From: Campylobacterota bacterium
Lineage (GTDB): Bacteria; Campylobacterota; Campylobacteria; Campylobacterales; Sulfurovaceae
Direction of reading: 5' to 3'
DNA: 27,133 nt
Assembly (NCBI GenBank): GCA_034722955.1
Contig: JAYEOM010000004.1
Coordinates: 1-27,133 of the forward strand
Within the stretch, counting starts at the first letter, position 1; every line of letters begins with the position of its first letter. The position numbers and the translations under genes were made by a program. The notes under the pieces are model-generated. The model ran no database searches and had not been told where the DNA came from. It was given only the letters and a program-made list of their open reading frames with translations. This document shows positions 6,879 through 15,916 of this stretch, in pieces.

Positions 6879-8009
6879 TTATCTCTTCCCTTTTCCGCCG
6901 CCTCCATTCTCACTTTTAGGATATTCAGGATGACAGTACTCACTTCCAAGGGAACAGCATCCATCGCTAACGCCCATATTTATCAACCCTTTGTCGAACG
7001 CCCAGTAGTGTGTGTAGCTGCCGGCTCTCAAAACAGTAAAGGCATCAATAATCGCCTGAGGATTTCCTGGAGTAACAATAAATCTATCCAAATCGACAAT
7101 ATCGACCACTTCCACCATGCATCCTACTTCGAGTGAAGCCTGCTTTGAGACCCTGCCTATATCATACAAGGCATCATAGAGCTCCTGGATTTCAGGCACA
7201 GCAAACTTTCCTACCGGCATACTGTTGAGTTCTTCGACTGAATATTTCACTTCATAATCTGCGAGATTGGTAATATTGATATCATATGCCTCCACAAGAT
7301 CTTGCACTATCGCGATATGTTTCACTTCTGATTTTGTTGCAATGTTTTCCAATTGTTGTGCCGGATTGATTTTGTTGAGCTCCAGATAAATCTCTTTGGC
7401 AAGTTTCTCTTCATGCCACATATAGGCTAGTGAATACTTCTGATCTTCGGTCAACTCATCGCCATTTGATGGCTGACATTCTGGGAGATTGAATTTGATC
7501 ATTGCATCAGTCACACTTTGCGGGTCTGCCGTGATACCCTGTATAACAGCATATGCCTCGTCCGTATCACTGCGTCCATCGCAAGCAAAGGCTAACCCAA
7601 TCTCTGTCTTGTTATTCAAAATCTCTGCATCACTCTCCATGGCACCATTGATTACCGCAAGGACAAAGAGAGAGCGAGGAATCCTTTCTGCCTCTAGCTC
7701 CTCTTTCCAGTATTTCAATCCCTCTGCATCAGGCTGACGGTTGAAGAGGTTGGCATAGACTGCCAAGACAAACTCCTCTTCAGTAGTTCCTGGAGGATAT
7801 TTCTCCTGAGTCTCTCCCTGCTCAAAGAAACTCTGGGCGATCCCTTCGAGGTCAAGACCGGACTCTTTGACCCAATAGTCCAATCCCTTGCTGTCAGGAG
7901 CACGATCGAACATCGCCACATAGAGCGTGGTGACATTTTCATTTGTGGGTGGTGTTGCGTTGAGTACTGCTGTAAATAGCAGTATAGACAGGAGTAATCT
8001 TTTTAGCAT
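6879..8009 (-). CDS. Secreted DUF4214 + DUF2202 (ferritin-like) fusion protein
   Basis: Signal peptide. DUF4214-type repeats LYVAMFDRAPD..GL.YW and VYANLFNRQPD.EGL.YW. Ferritin-like DUF2202 motifs EEKLA..IY, SE..H, VE..DI.DL and GS..H. Confidence 0.8.
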   Translation of the reverse strand: MLKRLLLSILLFTAVLNATPPTNENVTTLYVAMFDRAPDSKGLDYWVKESGLDLEGIAQSFFEQGETQEKYPPGTTEEEFVLAVYANLFNRQPDAEGLKYWKEELEAERIPRSLFVLAVINGAMESDAEILNNKTEIGLAFACDGRSDTDEAYAVIQGITADPQSVTDAMIKFNLPECQPSNGDELTEDQKYSLAYMWHEEKLAKEIYLELNKINPAQQLENIATKSEVKHIAIVQDLVEAYDINITNLADYEVKYSVEELNSMPVGKFAVPEIQELYDALYDIGRVSKQASLEVGCMVEVVDIVDLDRFIVTPGNPQAIIDAFTVLRAGSYTHYWAFDKGLINMGVSDGCCSLGSEYCHPEYPKSENGGGGKGKR

Positions 8010-8175
8010 AGTATCTAACCTTATGTGAGATTTATGCTATATTTTACCCCCTTCAAATGAATATAGACTTAGTTTATACTTAATATTTGTATAAAATATT
8101 GATAGTTTAGTGATCTGAAATTTAGAAGAAGGTGTAGCAACTAAATGAAGATAAAAAGTTTTTTCATTTAAACCC

Positions 8176-8628
8176 TTACTGATTTAATTTACATTCAAAC
8201 TTTAGTACTTCTCCTGCTAATCTAGAAGTATCATAGTCTACTTCTCCAGATCTAGAGTAACAATTTAAAATATTATTTGAGTATTTTTTTCTTGCAGAGA
8301 CAACCATGACTGTAAGTATATATCTCTTATGCTTCTTGTAGCGATAGTTACTTTGCCTCAGGGGAACTCCATGGAAAACTGCTTTTTCTCCTGGGTTTAT
8401 GATGATCTCGGTATCGGCTACAGCTTCCTCCTCCATATATCTCTTGCCATATTGATCTATAACAACCCAAACTTTAACCTTCTCACCGCTTTTCTTCAGT
8501 TTGTTCATAGCTCTAGATGAATAGTCGATAGAGACGGCAAAATTTAAGTTATCAAATCCTCTCTCTTTAGCAAGACTATCTATATTGAACACTACTATAT
8601 AAACCAATACCAATATGAATTTTGTCAT
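8176..8628 (-). CDS. Hypothetical exported basic protein (150 aa)
   Basis: Hydrophobic N-terminus, RBS AAGGAG upstream on the minus strand, and two Cys near the C-terminus. No family recognised. Confidence 0.7.
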   Translation of the reverse strand: MTKFILVLVYIVVFNIDSLAKERGFDNLNFAVSIDYSSRAMNKLKKSGEKVKVWVVIDQYGKRYMEEEAVADTEIIINPGEKAVFHGVPLRQSNYRYKKHKRYILTVMVVSARKKYSNNILNCYSRSGEVDYDTSRLAGEVLKFECKLNQ

Positions 8629-8651
8629 CCTATCACTCCTTTTCTATAATG

Positions 8652-8733
8652 TGCTGAACATACTGAGTATGAACGGTGGGCAGGTGTCACACCTGAAAAA
8701 TTTAGAAACAGTATGTTGAGTTGTAGTTTATGA
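8652..8733 (+). pseudogene. Decayed duplicate of the selO 3' end (direct repeat of 5131-5212)
   Basis: Ungapped 82-nt alignment with 69/82 identities, counted by hand. Translates AEHTEYERWAGVTPEKFRNSMLSCSL* versus selO AEHAEHERWAGVTPEAFRNNKLSCSS*. Confidence 0.9.
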
Positions 8734-8751
8734 TACTTTTAATAAAGATAA

Positions 8752-8934
8752 CTATTCGCTATCGTCAGGAGCTGCATCCCTCCTGCGGTAGACCATTGTC
8801 AATATAAAAATCGCCACAATGAACGAGAGAAAACCCCCTATATGAAAGATACCAAATATATGAGGATGGGTCTCTATGCCCTCGTGGGCTGATAGAGTGT
8901 TAAGTAGTAGTCCGATGATGATAAAATATTTCAT
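8752..8934 (-). CDS. Small His-rich membrane protein (60 aa)
   Basis: RBS AAGGA. Signal-like N-terminus ending LSA-HEG, then THPH...FH, one TM helix, and an RRR stop-transfer. Confidence 0.65.
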   Translation of the reverse strand: MKYFIIIGLLLNTLSAHEGIETHPHIFGIFHIGGFLSFIVAIFILTMVYRRRDAAPDDSE

Positions 8935-9133
8935 TTGAATCCTTTGGCGTATTGTACTCTATCTTTATACTATTCTGGCTAAAGCCACGCTCTATTGTTG
9001 CAAAACCTACTCGCAAAGCTGATGGATTTTGATACTTTGCCTCGGTTGTAAAAAGTTTTAATTTATTATCTATATTGGTTATGGTAAACTTATAATTAAT
9101 ATTTATCAAAATTATGAAGAGGGGGATTATTGT

Positions 9134-9421
9134 ATGTCAAACGAAAAAACAGCTTGTGTTAGAATGGAAGAGGGCTATATGAGAGTAACTGTGAACTATA
9201 CAGGTTCTAGTTCTAGGTCTGAGATTTGTGATACTATTGGTGAGATTGAAAAAGAGTTAGATGTAGCTCCTGAAGTGATACATAGAAGAGATGGTGAAGA
9301 TAGTGGCTTTTTTAGTGTAGAGTTTTCTGGTGAAGATTATATCTGTAGTAGAACTTGTGGGGAGTTTGTAGAGCTTTTAATCAAGAGACTTAATATTGAT
9401 ATGTGTAACACTAATGCCTAA
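9134..9421 (+). CDS. Hypothetical acidic Cys-containing protein (95 aa)
   Basis: Strong RBS AGAGGGGG, with TATAAT at about 9091. Five Cys, including CxxxC. No family recognised. Confidence 0.7.
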   Translation: MSNEKTACVRMEEGYMRVTVNYTGSSSRSEICDTIGEIEKELDVAPEVIHRRDGEDSGFFSVEFSGEDYICSRTCGEFVELLIKRLNIDMCNTNA

Positions 9422-9459
9422 TTATTGTGGGTACTCTTGCCCACAATAAAAATCTTTTA

Positions 9460-10896
9460 TCACTTTTCTCCATTTAAATACTTATCCATATCCTCAGCAG
9501 ACTCTTTGCCCATACCCATAGCTAAAATTACAGTAGCTTGTCCAAGCGTAATATCTCCACCAGCCCAAACCTTGTCTTTAGTTGTTTTCCCTGTTTTTGG
9601 ATCTGCCTTAATATTGCCCCATTGGTTAAGCTCTAAACCTTTAGTAACATTAGTTAAAAGTGGATTAGCAGATGTTCCAATTGAGATGATCGCTAAATCA
9701 CAATCAAGATATTTGTGTTCTCCCTCAACTGCAATTGGTCTTCTGCGACCACCTTCATCAGGCTCTCCTAATTTCATAACTTGACAACTTAGACCTGCTA
9801 GTTTACCATCAGCAGCACCTATAAACTCTAAAGGCGATGTTAAAAATTCAAACTCTACACCCTCTTCCTCAGCATGATGAATCTCTTTTTCTAATGCAGG
9901 AGATTGCTCTTTTGTTCTTCTATATACTATTTTTACACTTTTGGCACCTAGTCGTAGTGCTGTTCTAGCTGCATCCATCGCAACATTTCCAGCACCTAAG
10001 ATTAGTACATTTTTTCCTGGAATTATTGGTGTATCATAGTATGGAAATTGTGAAGCCTTCATCAAACTAGCTCTTGTTAAGTACTCATTTGCACTAAAAA
10101 CTCCATTCAGATCTTCCCCTGGAATTCCTAAAAAGTTTGGAGTTCCAGCTCCAACAGCTACAAAAGCAGCATCATATCCATACTCTTCTAGTAGTTCATC
10201 GATCTCATATGTTCTACCTACAACACTATTTAGTTTTATCTCAACACCTAATTCATCTAGTTGTTTTAATTCGTGATCAACGATATCTTTAGAGAGCCTA
10301 AACTCTGGTATTCCATAAAGCAACACACCACCTGCTTGATGAAGTGCTTCAAATATTGTAACTTTATGACCTTTTTTTGCTAACTCTCCAGCCACTGTAA
10401 TACCAGCAGGACCAGAGCCAATAACCGCAACTTTTTTACCACTACTTTTTGGAATCTCTATTTTTGGTGTAACACCATTTTCTCTAGCCCAATCAGCAAT
10501 ATACATCTCAAGATTTCCAATACCAACAGCAGGTTTGCCTTTTTTATCATTTTTAACTATACAAACCTCTTCACACTGTATCTCTTGCGGACAAACTCTA
10601 CCACAAACAGCAGGCAGAGCTGTAGCATCCCAAACTGTATCAATTGCACCCTCTAAATCATGATTTAAAATTTGATCTAAAAATAGAGGGATATTGATAC
10701 CAACAGGACATCCTGCTACACAAGCTGGGTCTTTACATTGAATACATCTAGCAGCCTCATATTGTGCTTCTATTAAACTATACCCTAGTGATACTTCATC
10801 AAAATATGTTGCTCTCTGTTTTGGATGTCTTTCGGTCATCTCTTGTCTAGGAATTCCTCGTCGCTCTTTTTTTGTAAAATCTTTTACTTGTTTCAT
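9460..10896 (-). CDS. nfnB: NfnB/SudA large subunit of NADH-dependent reduced ferredoxin:NADP+ oxidoreductase (GltD-like flavo-FeS protein)
   Basis: EAARCIQCKDPACVAGCP and CGRVCPQEIQCE Fe-S motifs, GSGPAG FAD site, YGIPEFRL, GAGNVAMDAAR NADPH site, and AGGDITLGQATVILAMG. Paired with nfnA, with no gltB nearby. Confidence 0.88.
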   Translation of the reverse strand: MKQVKDFTKKERRGIPRQEMTERHPKQRATYFDEVSLGYSLIEAQYEAARCIQCKDPACVAGCPVGINIPLFLDQILNHDLEGAIDTVWDATALPAVCGRVCPQEIQCEEVCIVKNDKKGKPAVGIGNLEMYIADWARENGVTPKIEIPKSSGKKVAVIGSGPAGITVAGELAKKGHKVTIFEALHQAGGVLLYGIPEFRLSKDIVDHELKQLDELGVEIKLNSVVGRTYEIDELLEEYGYDAAFVAVGAGTPNFLGIPGEDLNGVFSANEYLTRASLMKASQFPYYDTPIIPGKNVLILGAGNVAMDAARTALRLGAKSVKIVYRRTKEQSPALEKEIHHAEEEGVEFEFLTSPLEFIGAADGKLAGLSCQVMKLGEPDEGGRRRPIAVEGEHKYLDCDLAIISIGTSANPLLTNVTKGLELNQWGNIKADPKTGKTTKDKVWAGGDITLGQATVILAMGMGKESAEDMDKYLNGEK

Positions 10897-10899
10897 AAC

Positions 10900-11736
10900 T
10901 TAATCCTCATCTTCTGTATCAAATATACAGTTTTCAGAGTGTTCTTCTTCAACTCTATAAGCACCAAGTCTTCTCATCAAACCATCAAAATCAACTTTGT
11001 GACCATCAAATTCGGGACCATCAACACAAGCAAATTTAGTTTTGCCACCAATTGTAACTCTACAGCCACCACACATGCCAGTACCATCGATCATAATAGG
11101 ATTTAAACTGACTAGCGTTGGCACATTGTACTCTTTTGTCATTAGTGAAACAAATTTCATCATAGGAACAGGACCAATAGCGACTACTTGATCAACCCCA
11201 CCTTTTTCTAAAAGCTCTTTAAGCTCCTCTGTGACAAAACCATGTTTTCCTTTGGAGCCATCATCTGTACATATCTTCAACTCTTTAGAGACCTTTTTCA
11301 TCTCTTTTTCCATAATAAGATAATCTCTGCTGCGAGCACCTAAAATTGTGATAACTCTGTTTCCAGCCTCATGCATACCTCTAGCAATTGGATGCAAAAC
11401 TGCTGTTCCAGTTCCTCCACCTATACATACAACAGTTCCAACTTTTTTAAGATGCGTAGGTTCACCTAGTGGTCCAACTATATCCTTATATCCATCACCA
11501 ACTTCAAGTTCACTATAAGATTTTGTACTTTTACCTACAATCATATAGATAATAGTAATAGTCCCTCTCTCTCTATCTACATTTGCCATAGTCAAAGGAA
11601 CTCTCTCTCCCTTATTATCTATGATTAACATTACAAATTGACCCGGTTTGGCTTTTTTGGCAATTTGAGGTGCTTCAATCTCATTTAAGATAATGGTACC
11701 GTGTGCCATCTCTTTCCTGTTTACTATTTTATACAT
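10900..11736 (-). CDS. nfnA: NfnA/SudB small subunit (FNR-like, FAD + [2Fe-2S])
   Basis: KPGQFVML...GERVPLT, GPLG, GGGTG, TDDGS.G..GFVT, IGPVPMM, and DGTGMCGGCR...CVDGPEF. Start placed at ATG 11736 (MYKIV) behind RBS GAGGG, not the ORF-track 11778. Confidence 0.88.
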   Translation of the reverse strand: MYKIVNRKEMAHGTIILNEIEAPQIAKKAKPGQFVMLIIDNKGERVPLTMANVDRERGTITIIYMIVGKSTKSYSELEVGDGYKDIVGPLGEPTHLKKVGTVVCIGGGTGTAVLHPIARGMHEAGNRVITILGARSRDYLIMEKEMKKVSKELKICTDDGSKGKHGFVTEELKELLEKGGVDQVVAIGPVPMMKFVSLMTKEYNVPTLVSLNPIMIDGTGMCGGCRVTIGGKTKFACVDGPEFDGHKVDFDGLMRRLGAYRVEEEHSENCIFDTEDED

Positions 11737-11947
11737 AAGTATCCCTCTTAAAGTATTAGTATAATTGATAATTATCATAACTGGAATAAATTATAATGCA
11801 ATATTGTTTAATTGAATTTTAAATTTTATTAAAAAAATAGATTTTGCGGTAAATACTTTTTAAAGTTATCTTTTGTAGCAGATATGGATAAATTAGCAGT
11901 GTGGCATCTATCGATCGGTATCAATAAAATCCTAACTTGCATCATCT

Positions 11948-12367
11948 TCATAGTGTGATGAACATCACCTGTGAGAGAAGGATGATGATAAGAACAAGCA
12001 CAAAAGGAAATAGATGGCTCTTGAAGAGCCAAGGGTTGATGCCAAAAAACTTTTGGTTGAATCCTCTAAATCCAAGCCAGAGCCCCAAAAAAGCTTTGAT
12101 GGAGAGCATGATCTGGAAGCTACTCATCCCATCTGACCCTATCTCGCCGAAAACTATGAAGAACATATAGATACCTGTCGCAACTGCCAAGAGGAGAGCA
12201 TTTGGGACAACTTTTCTTACATGGATCATGATCGCTTCTCTAGCTTTGACAGCTTCGTCAGGAGAGAGATTTTGTCCTATTTTGACTAAAAAGAGGTTGT
12301 CTACGATGAGAAAACCCCCATATATAAAGGCTGAATAGATGTGAATAATATGTATAATATCAAACAT
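11948..12367 (-). CDS. Four-TM integral membrane protein, CopD-like
   Basis: IIH.Y.A..YGGF...D N-terminal motif, LAVATG.YM and L.IKA.LG. RBS AAGGA. Confidence 0.65.
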   Translation of the reverse strand: MFDIIHIIHIYSAFIYGGFLIVDNLFLVKIGQNLSPDEAVKAREAIMIHVRKVVPNALLLAVATGIYMFFIVFGEIGSDGMSSFQIMLSIKAFLGLWLGFRGFNQKFFGINPWLFKSHLFPFVLVLIIILLSQVMFITL

Positions 12368-12475
12368 ATTTGGAGATCCTTTTGAGAAATCTAATTTTGA
12401 AGACTATTGTACCAAAAGTTAATTTAACCCAAATTAGTATAAAATTATATACCTGTTTTAATGGAGTAGATATAG

Positions 12476-13135
12476 ATGTATATCCTTTTAGTCAATACCA
12501 ATCCTATCGTCTCAAGGCTCTTTGCTCTGAGTGCTAAGAGTATGATAAACATCTATGTTGATGAGATTAATGGTCAGGAGTCTACTCCTAGAGGTCACTA
12601 TGATATGTTGTTTATCGATGAGGAGTCTGCACTCACCGAAGATATTCAACTCTACCTCAATAGAGTAAATGCTGTAAAAAAAGTGCTTTTTGCTACAGAT
12701 AGAGGGCATAGTTTTGAGGGGATTGATGCGGTGATAATAAAGCCTTTTCTCCCCTCTGAGGTGATCACAATGCTTCAGTCACTCTCCGGTGATAGTCAAG
12801 CAACCATAGAGAGAGATATAGATGCATTTGTATCAAACAGAAGAGAAAAAGAGAAAAGTCACTCTACTGATAGAGATAAGTCTGCCGGTATAGAGAGTAT
12901 TATACTAGATAACAGTGAGATAGAGACTATCAAGCAGTTACTATTGGATGATGAGTTTGAAGTTAGTGAAGATGAGGAGTATAGCTTGCATTGTGGCAGC
13001 TCTACAGTGGAGGAGGAGATTAGTTTGGATAAGAGCCTTTTGAAGGCTCTGACCAAGATGAAGCCCAAAAAGATCAAAAAGAGTCTAGCAGGTGCAGAGG
13101 TGAGCATAACTATTAGATTTCCGAGGGAGGTGTAG
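12476..13135 (+). CDS. Conserved Campylobacterota acidic protein with a degenerate receiver-like N-terminus
   Basis: ILLVN.NP.V.RL, YD.LFIDE, KPFLP and a C-terminal AEVSITIRF. Sits directly upstream of gmk, as the 'highly acidic protein' does in Campylobacter. Confidence 0.75.
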   Translation: MYILLVNTNPIVSRLFALSAKSMINIYVDEINGQESTPRGHYDMLFIDEESALTEDIQLYLNRVNAVKKVLFATDRGHSFEGIDAVIIKPFLPSEVITMLQSLSGDSQATIERDIDAFVSNRREKEKSHSTDRDKSAGIESIILDNSEIETIKQLLLDDEFEVSEDEEYSLHCGSSTVEEEISLDKSLLKALTKMKPKKIKKSLAGAEVSITIRFPREV

Positions 13136-13136
13136 A

Positions 13137-13748
13137 GTGAGGGGAGCTATCTTGGTACTATCGGGTCCAAGCGGTGCAGGCAAGAGTACGATCATCGATG
13201 AGGCATCTTCTCAGATAGGAGAGTATTACTTCTCCATCTCTACAACAACTAGACCGCCTAGGGTAGGGGAGTTGGATGGCAGGGACTATTTTTTTGTGAG
13301 TAGAGAGGCCTTTGAAGAGGATATCAAGGCTGGCAATTTCTTGGAGTATGCTCAGGTACATGGCAACTACTACGGTACTTCACTCAAACCTGTACGAGAG
13401 GCACTAGAGTTGAACAAGCTCGTGATCTTTGATATCGATATTCAGGGGCATAGACTTGTAAGAGTCAAACTCAATGATATCACAACCTCCGTGTTTATCG
13501 CACCTCCTACGCTGAGTGAGCTAGAGAAGAGACTTCGTCTGCGATGCACAGATGATGAAGAGGTGATCGCAAGACGGCTGGAAAATGCAAAAAGTGAAAT
13601 CCATGCCGTGGGAGAGTATGATTTTGCTATACTCAATGATGATATAGAGTCTGCCGCTTCAGAGTTCACCATCATCGCTAAAGCAGCACGGCTCAAGCGT
13701 AGCGAGAGTGATGAAAATCTTTTCATCCAGAGTTGGCTGAAAAATTAG
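13137..13748 (+). CDS. gmk: Guanylate kinase
   Basis: SGPSGAGKST P-loop, SISTTTRPPR.GE.DG.DY.FV, FLEYA.VHGNYYGT and DIDIQG. GTG start. Confidence 0.97.
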   Translation: MRGAILVLSGPSGAGKSTIIDEASSQIGEYYFSISTTTRPPRVGELDGRDYFFVSREAFEEDIKAGNFLEYAQVHGNYYGTSLKPVREALELNKLVIFDIDIQGHRLVRVKLNDITTSVFIAPPTLSELEKRLRLRCTDDEEVIARRLENAKSEIHAVGEYDFAILNDDIESAASEFTIIAKAARLKRSESDENLFIQSWLKN

Positions 13749-13873
13749 ACGAGGAACTTCCTGACTTCCAGAGATATTTATAAGATACCTATATCTTGTC
13801 TTAAATAATTTCAAGTATAATAAGCAAAATTTTAGTAAATAGCCCTGACAAGAGTGGCTGAAAAAGGATTGAC

Positions 13874-14116
13874 ATGGGTATGCCAAGTATGCCAGAACTA
13901 TTGATTATCTTAGCGATTGTGGTACTTCTCTTTGGAGCCAAAAAGATACCTGATCTTGCAAAAGGTGTGGGTAAAGGGATCAAGGATTTCAAAAAAGCAG
14001 TCAAAGAGGATGATGAGGCAGATGCCAAGACACCTACTGCTAAACCTATAGAGAGCACAGATGAGACTAAAGTTGTAGATACTAAAGCTCCTGAAACAAA
14101 AAGCGAAAACGCTTAA
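13874..14116 (+). CDS. tatA: Twin-arginine translocase subunit TatA/E
   Basis: [42 protein letters not shown] and TATAAT at 13816-13821. Confidence 0.96.
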   Translation: MGMPSMPELLIILAIVVLLFGAKKIPDLAKGVGKGIKDFKKAVKEDDEADAKTPTAKPIESTDETKVVDTKAPETKSENA

Positions 14117-14191
14117 TCCTCATCTATTTGTCACCCCTCTCCTAGAGAGGTGATACTATCAACTTTTCCAAATCCACTTCGGGTACAATAA

Positions 14192-15892
14192 ATGAAACTA
14201 AAAGAACAGATTAGCCGACTTATCGCAGACGCATTGACAAAAGCATCTATAGATGCAGAGAGTATCACAGTAGCAGAGGCAACCAAACCAGAGTTTGGTG
14301 ACTATCAATTCAATGGGATAATGCCTTTAGCAAAGCAACTCAAACGCAATCCCCGTGAGATTGCTACAGAGGTAGCATCACTCATAAGTATAGATGGAGT
14401 ACTCTCAAAGGTGGAGGTAGCTGGTCCTGGATTTATCAATCTCTGGCTCGATGATGCCTGGCTTGGAGCGGAAGCAGGCGAGATACTCTCTGATGAGCGA
14501 GTAGGTGTAGAGGTCAAAGATGATCCGGTGAGGGTAGTGGTAGACTACTCAGGACCCAACATGGCAAAAGAGATGCATGTGGGGCATTTGCGATCGACTA
14601 TTATAGGTGATACACTGGCAAACCTGCTCAGCTTTTTAGGTGATGAGGTGATCCGTCAGAACCATATAGGGGATTGGGGTACACAGTTTGGGATGCTGAT
14701 CGCTTATCTCGAAGAGATAGGAGATGAGAGTGGCAGTGAAAATCTCAAAGATCTAGAGCAGTTTTACAAAAATTCCAAGAGGCGTTTTGATGAGGATGAA
14801 GCTTTTGCAGATAGAGCTAGAGAGTATGTCGTCAAGATTCAGAGTGGTGATGCACACTGCCTTAGGTTGTGGCAGAAATTTATCGATATCTCACTAGGAC
14901 ACTGTGAAGAGATCTACGATAAGCTAGATATCAACCTCAGCAGAGAGGATGTGCGTGCTGAGAGCTTCTATAATGAGAGACTGCCTCAAGTGATAGATAT
15001 CATGGATGAGAGAGGGGTAGTCCAGATCAGTCAAGGTGCCAAGTGTATCTTCCTAGATGGTGAGGAGATCCCTCTCATTGTACAGAAAGGAGATGGCGGA
15101 TATCTCTACGCTACGACAGACTTGGCAGCACTCTGGTATCGTTGGGAAGTGTTGGGAGCAAAAAGAGTCTCCTATGTTGTAGATGCACGACAGGGAGGAC
15201 ACTTCAATCAAGTTTTCCAAGTCGCAAAAGAGAGTGAGCTTGTATCGGAAGATACTCTGCTCGAACATGTGGCATTTGGTACTATGATGGACAAGAGCGG
15301 CAAACCATTCAAGACTAGAGATGGTGGCACAGTCAAACTCATAGAGCTGCTGGATGAAGCAGTAGTGCGTGCTAGAGAGGCGATCAAAGACAGAGATGAG
15401 TATGACTCCCAAGCACTAGAGACCTTAGCAAAGACGATTGGTATAGGTGCTGTAAAGTATGCGGATCTCTCTATCAACAGAGAGTCCAACTATATCTTCG
15501 ACTGGGACAAGATGCTGAGTCTGGATGGAAATACATCACTCTATCAGCAGTATGCTTACGCTCGCATCATGAGCATCTTTAGGCGTTATGGTGGCACGAT
15601 AGGCAGTACGATCGTGATCGGTACAGAGATTGAGCATCGTTTGGCTCTCCTGCTGCTGCGTTTTGAGGATATATTGATCAAGGCTGCCAAAGATACAGCA
15701 CCACATCAGATAACCTCTTATCTCTATGATGTGACGACTCTCTTTATGCGTTTTTATGAACAGAACCCTATACTCAAGGATGGCGTAGAGAGAGAGACTA
15801 GAGAGAGTCGTCTAGCCCTCTCTGCTTTGACTGCCAATGTGATCAAGCAGGGCTTGTCTATACTGGGTATAGGTGTAGTAGAGAGACTGTAG
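14192..15892 (+). CDS. argS: Arginine--tRNA ligase
   Basis: FGDYQ.N, AGPGFIN, DYSGPNMAKEMHVGHLRSTIIGD (HIGH equivalent), GDWGTQFG, FKTRDG and YAYARI.SI. Confidence 0.97.
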   Translation: MKLKEQISRLIADALTKASIDAESITVAEATKPEFGDYQFNGIMPLAKQLKRNPREIATEVASLISIDGVLSKVEVAGPGFINLWLDDAWLGAEAGEILSDERVGVEVKDDPVRVVVDYSGPNMAKEMHVGHLRSTIIGDTLANLLSFLGDEVIRQNHIGDWGTQFGMLIAYLEEIGDESGSENLKDLEQFYKNSKRRFDEDEAFADRAREYVVKIQSGDAHCLRLWQKFIDISLGHCEEIYDKLDINLSREDVRAESFYNERLPQVIDIMDERGVVQISQGAKCIFLDGEEIPLIVQKGDGGYLYATTDLAALWYRWEVLGAKRVSYVVDARQGGHFNQVFQVAKESELVSEDTLLEHVAFGTMMDKSGKPFKTRDGGTVKLIELLDEAVVRAREAIKDRDEYDSQALETLAKTIGIGAVKYADLSINRESNYIFDWDKMLSLDGNTSLYQQYAYARIMSIFRRYGGTIGSTIVIGTEIEHRLALLLLRFEDILIKAAKDTAPHQITSYLYDVTTLFMRFYEQNPILKDGVERETRESRLALSALTANVIKQGLSILGIGVVERL

Positions 15893-15916
15893 AGCTGTAG
15901 ATAGGAGTAGTATAGT

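Noticed and set aside
8900..9109. 69-aa minus-strand ORF
   Set aside because: No RBS, AT-rich, and overlaps the promoter/RBS regions of both divergent neighbours.
9460..10896. Glutamate synthase small subunit (gltD)
   Set aside because: No gltB is adjacent, and the gene is coupled to an FNR-like [2Fe-2S] subunit, which is the nfnAB/sudBA arrangement.
11737..11778. N-terminal extension of nfnA in the ORF track
   Set aside because: The homologous sequence begins at MYKIV with an RBS just upstream, so the extension is promoter DNA.
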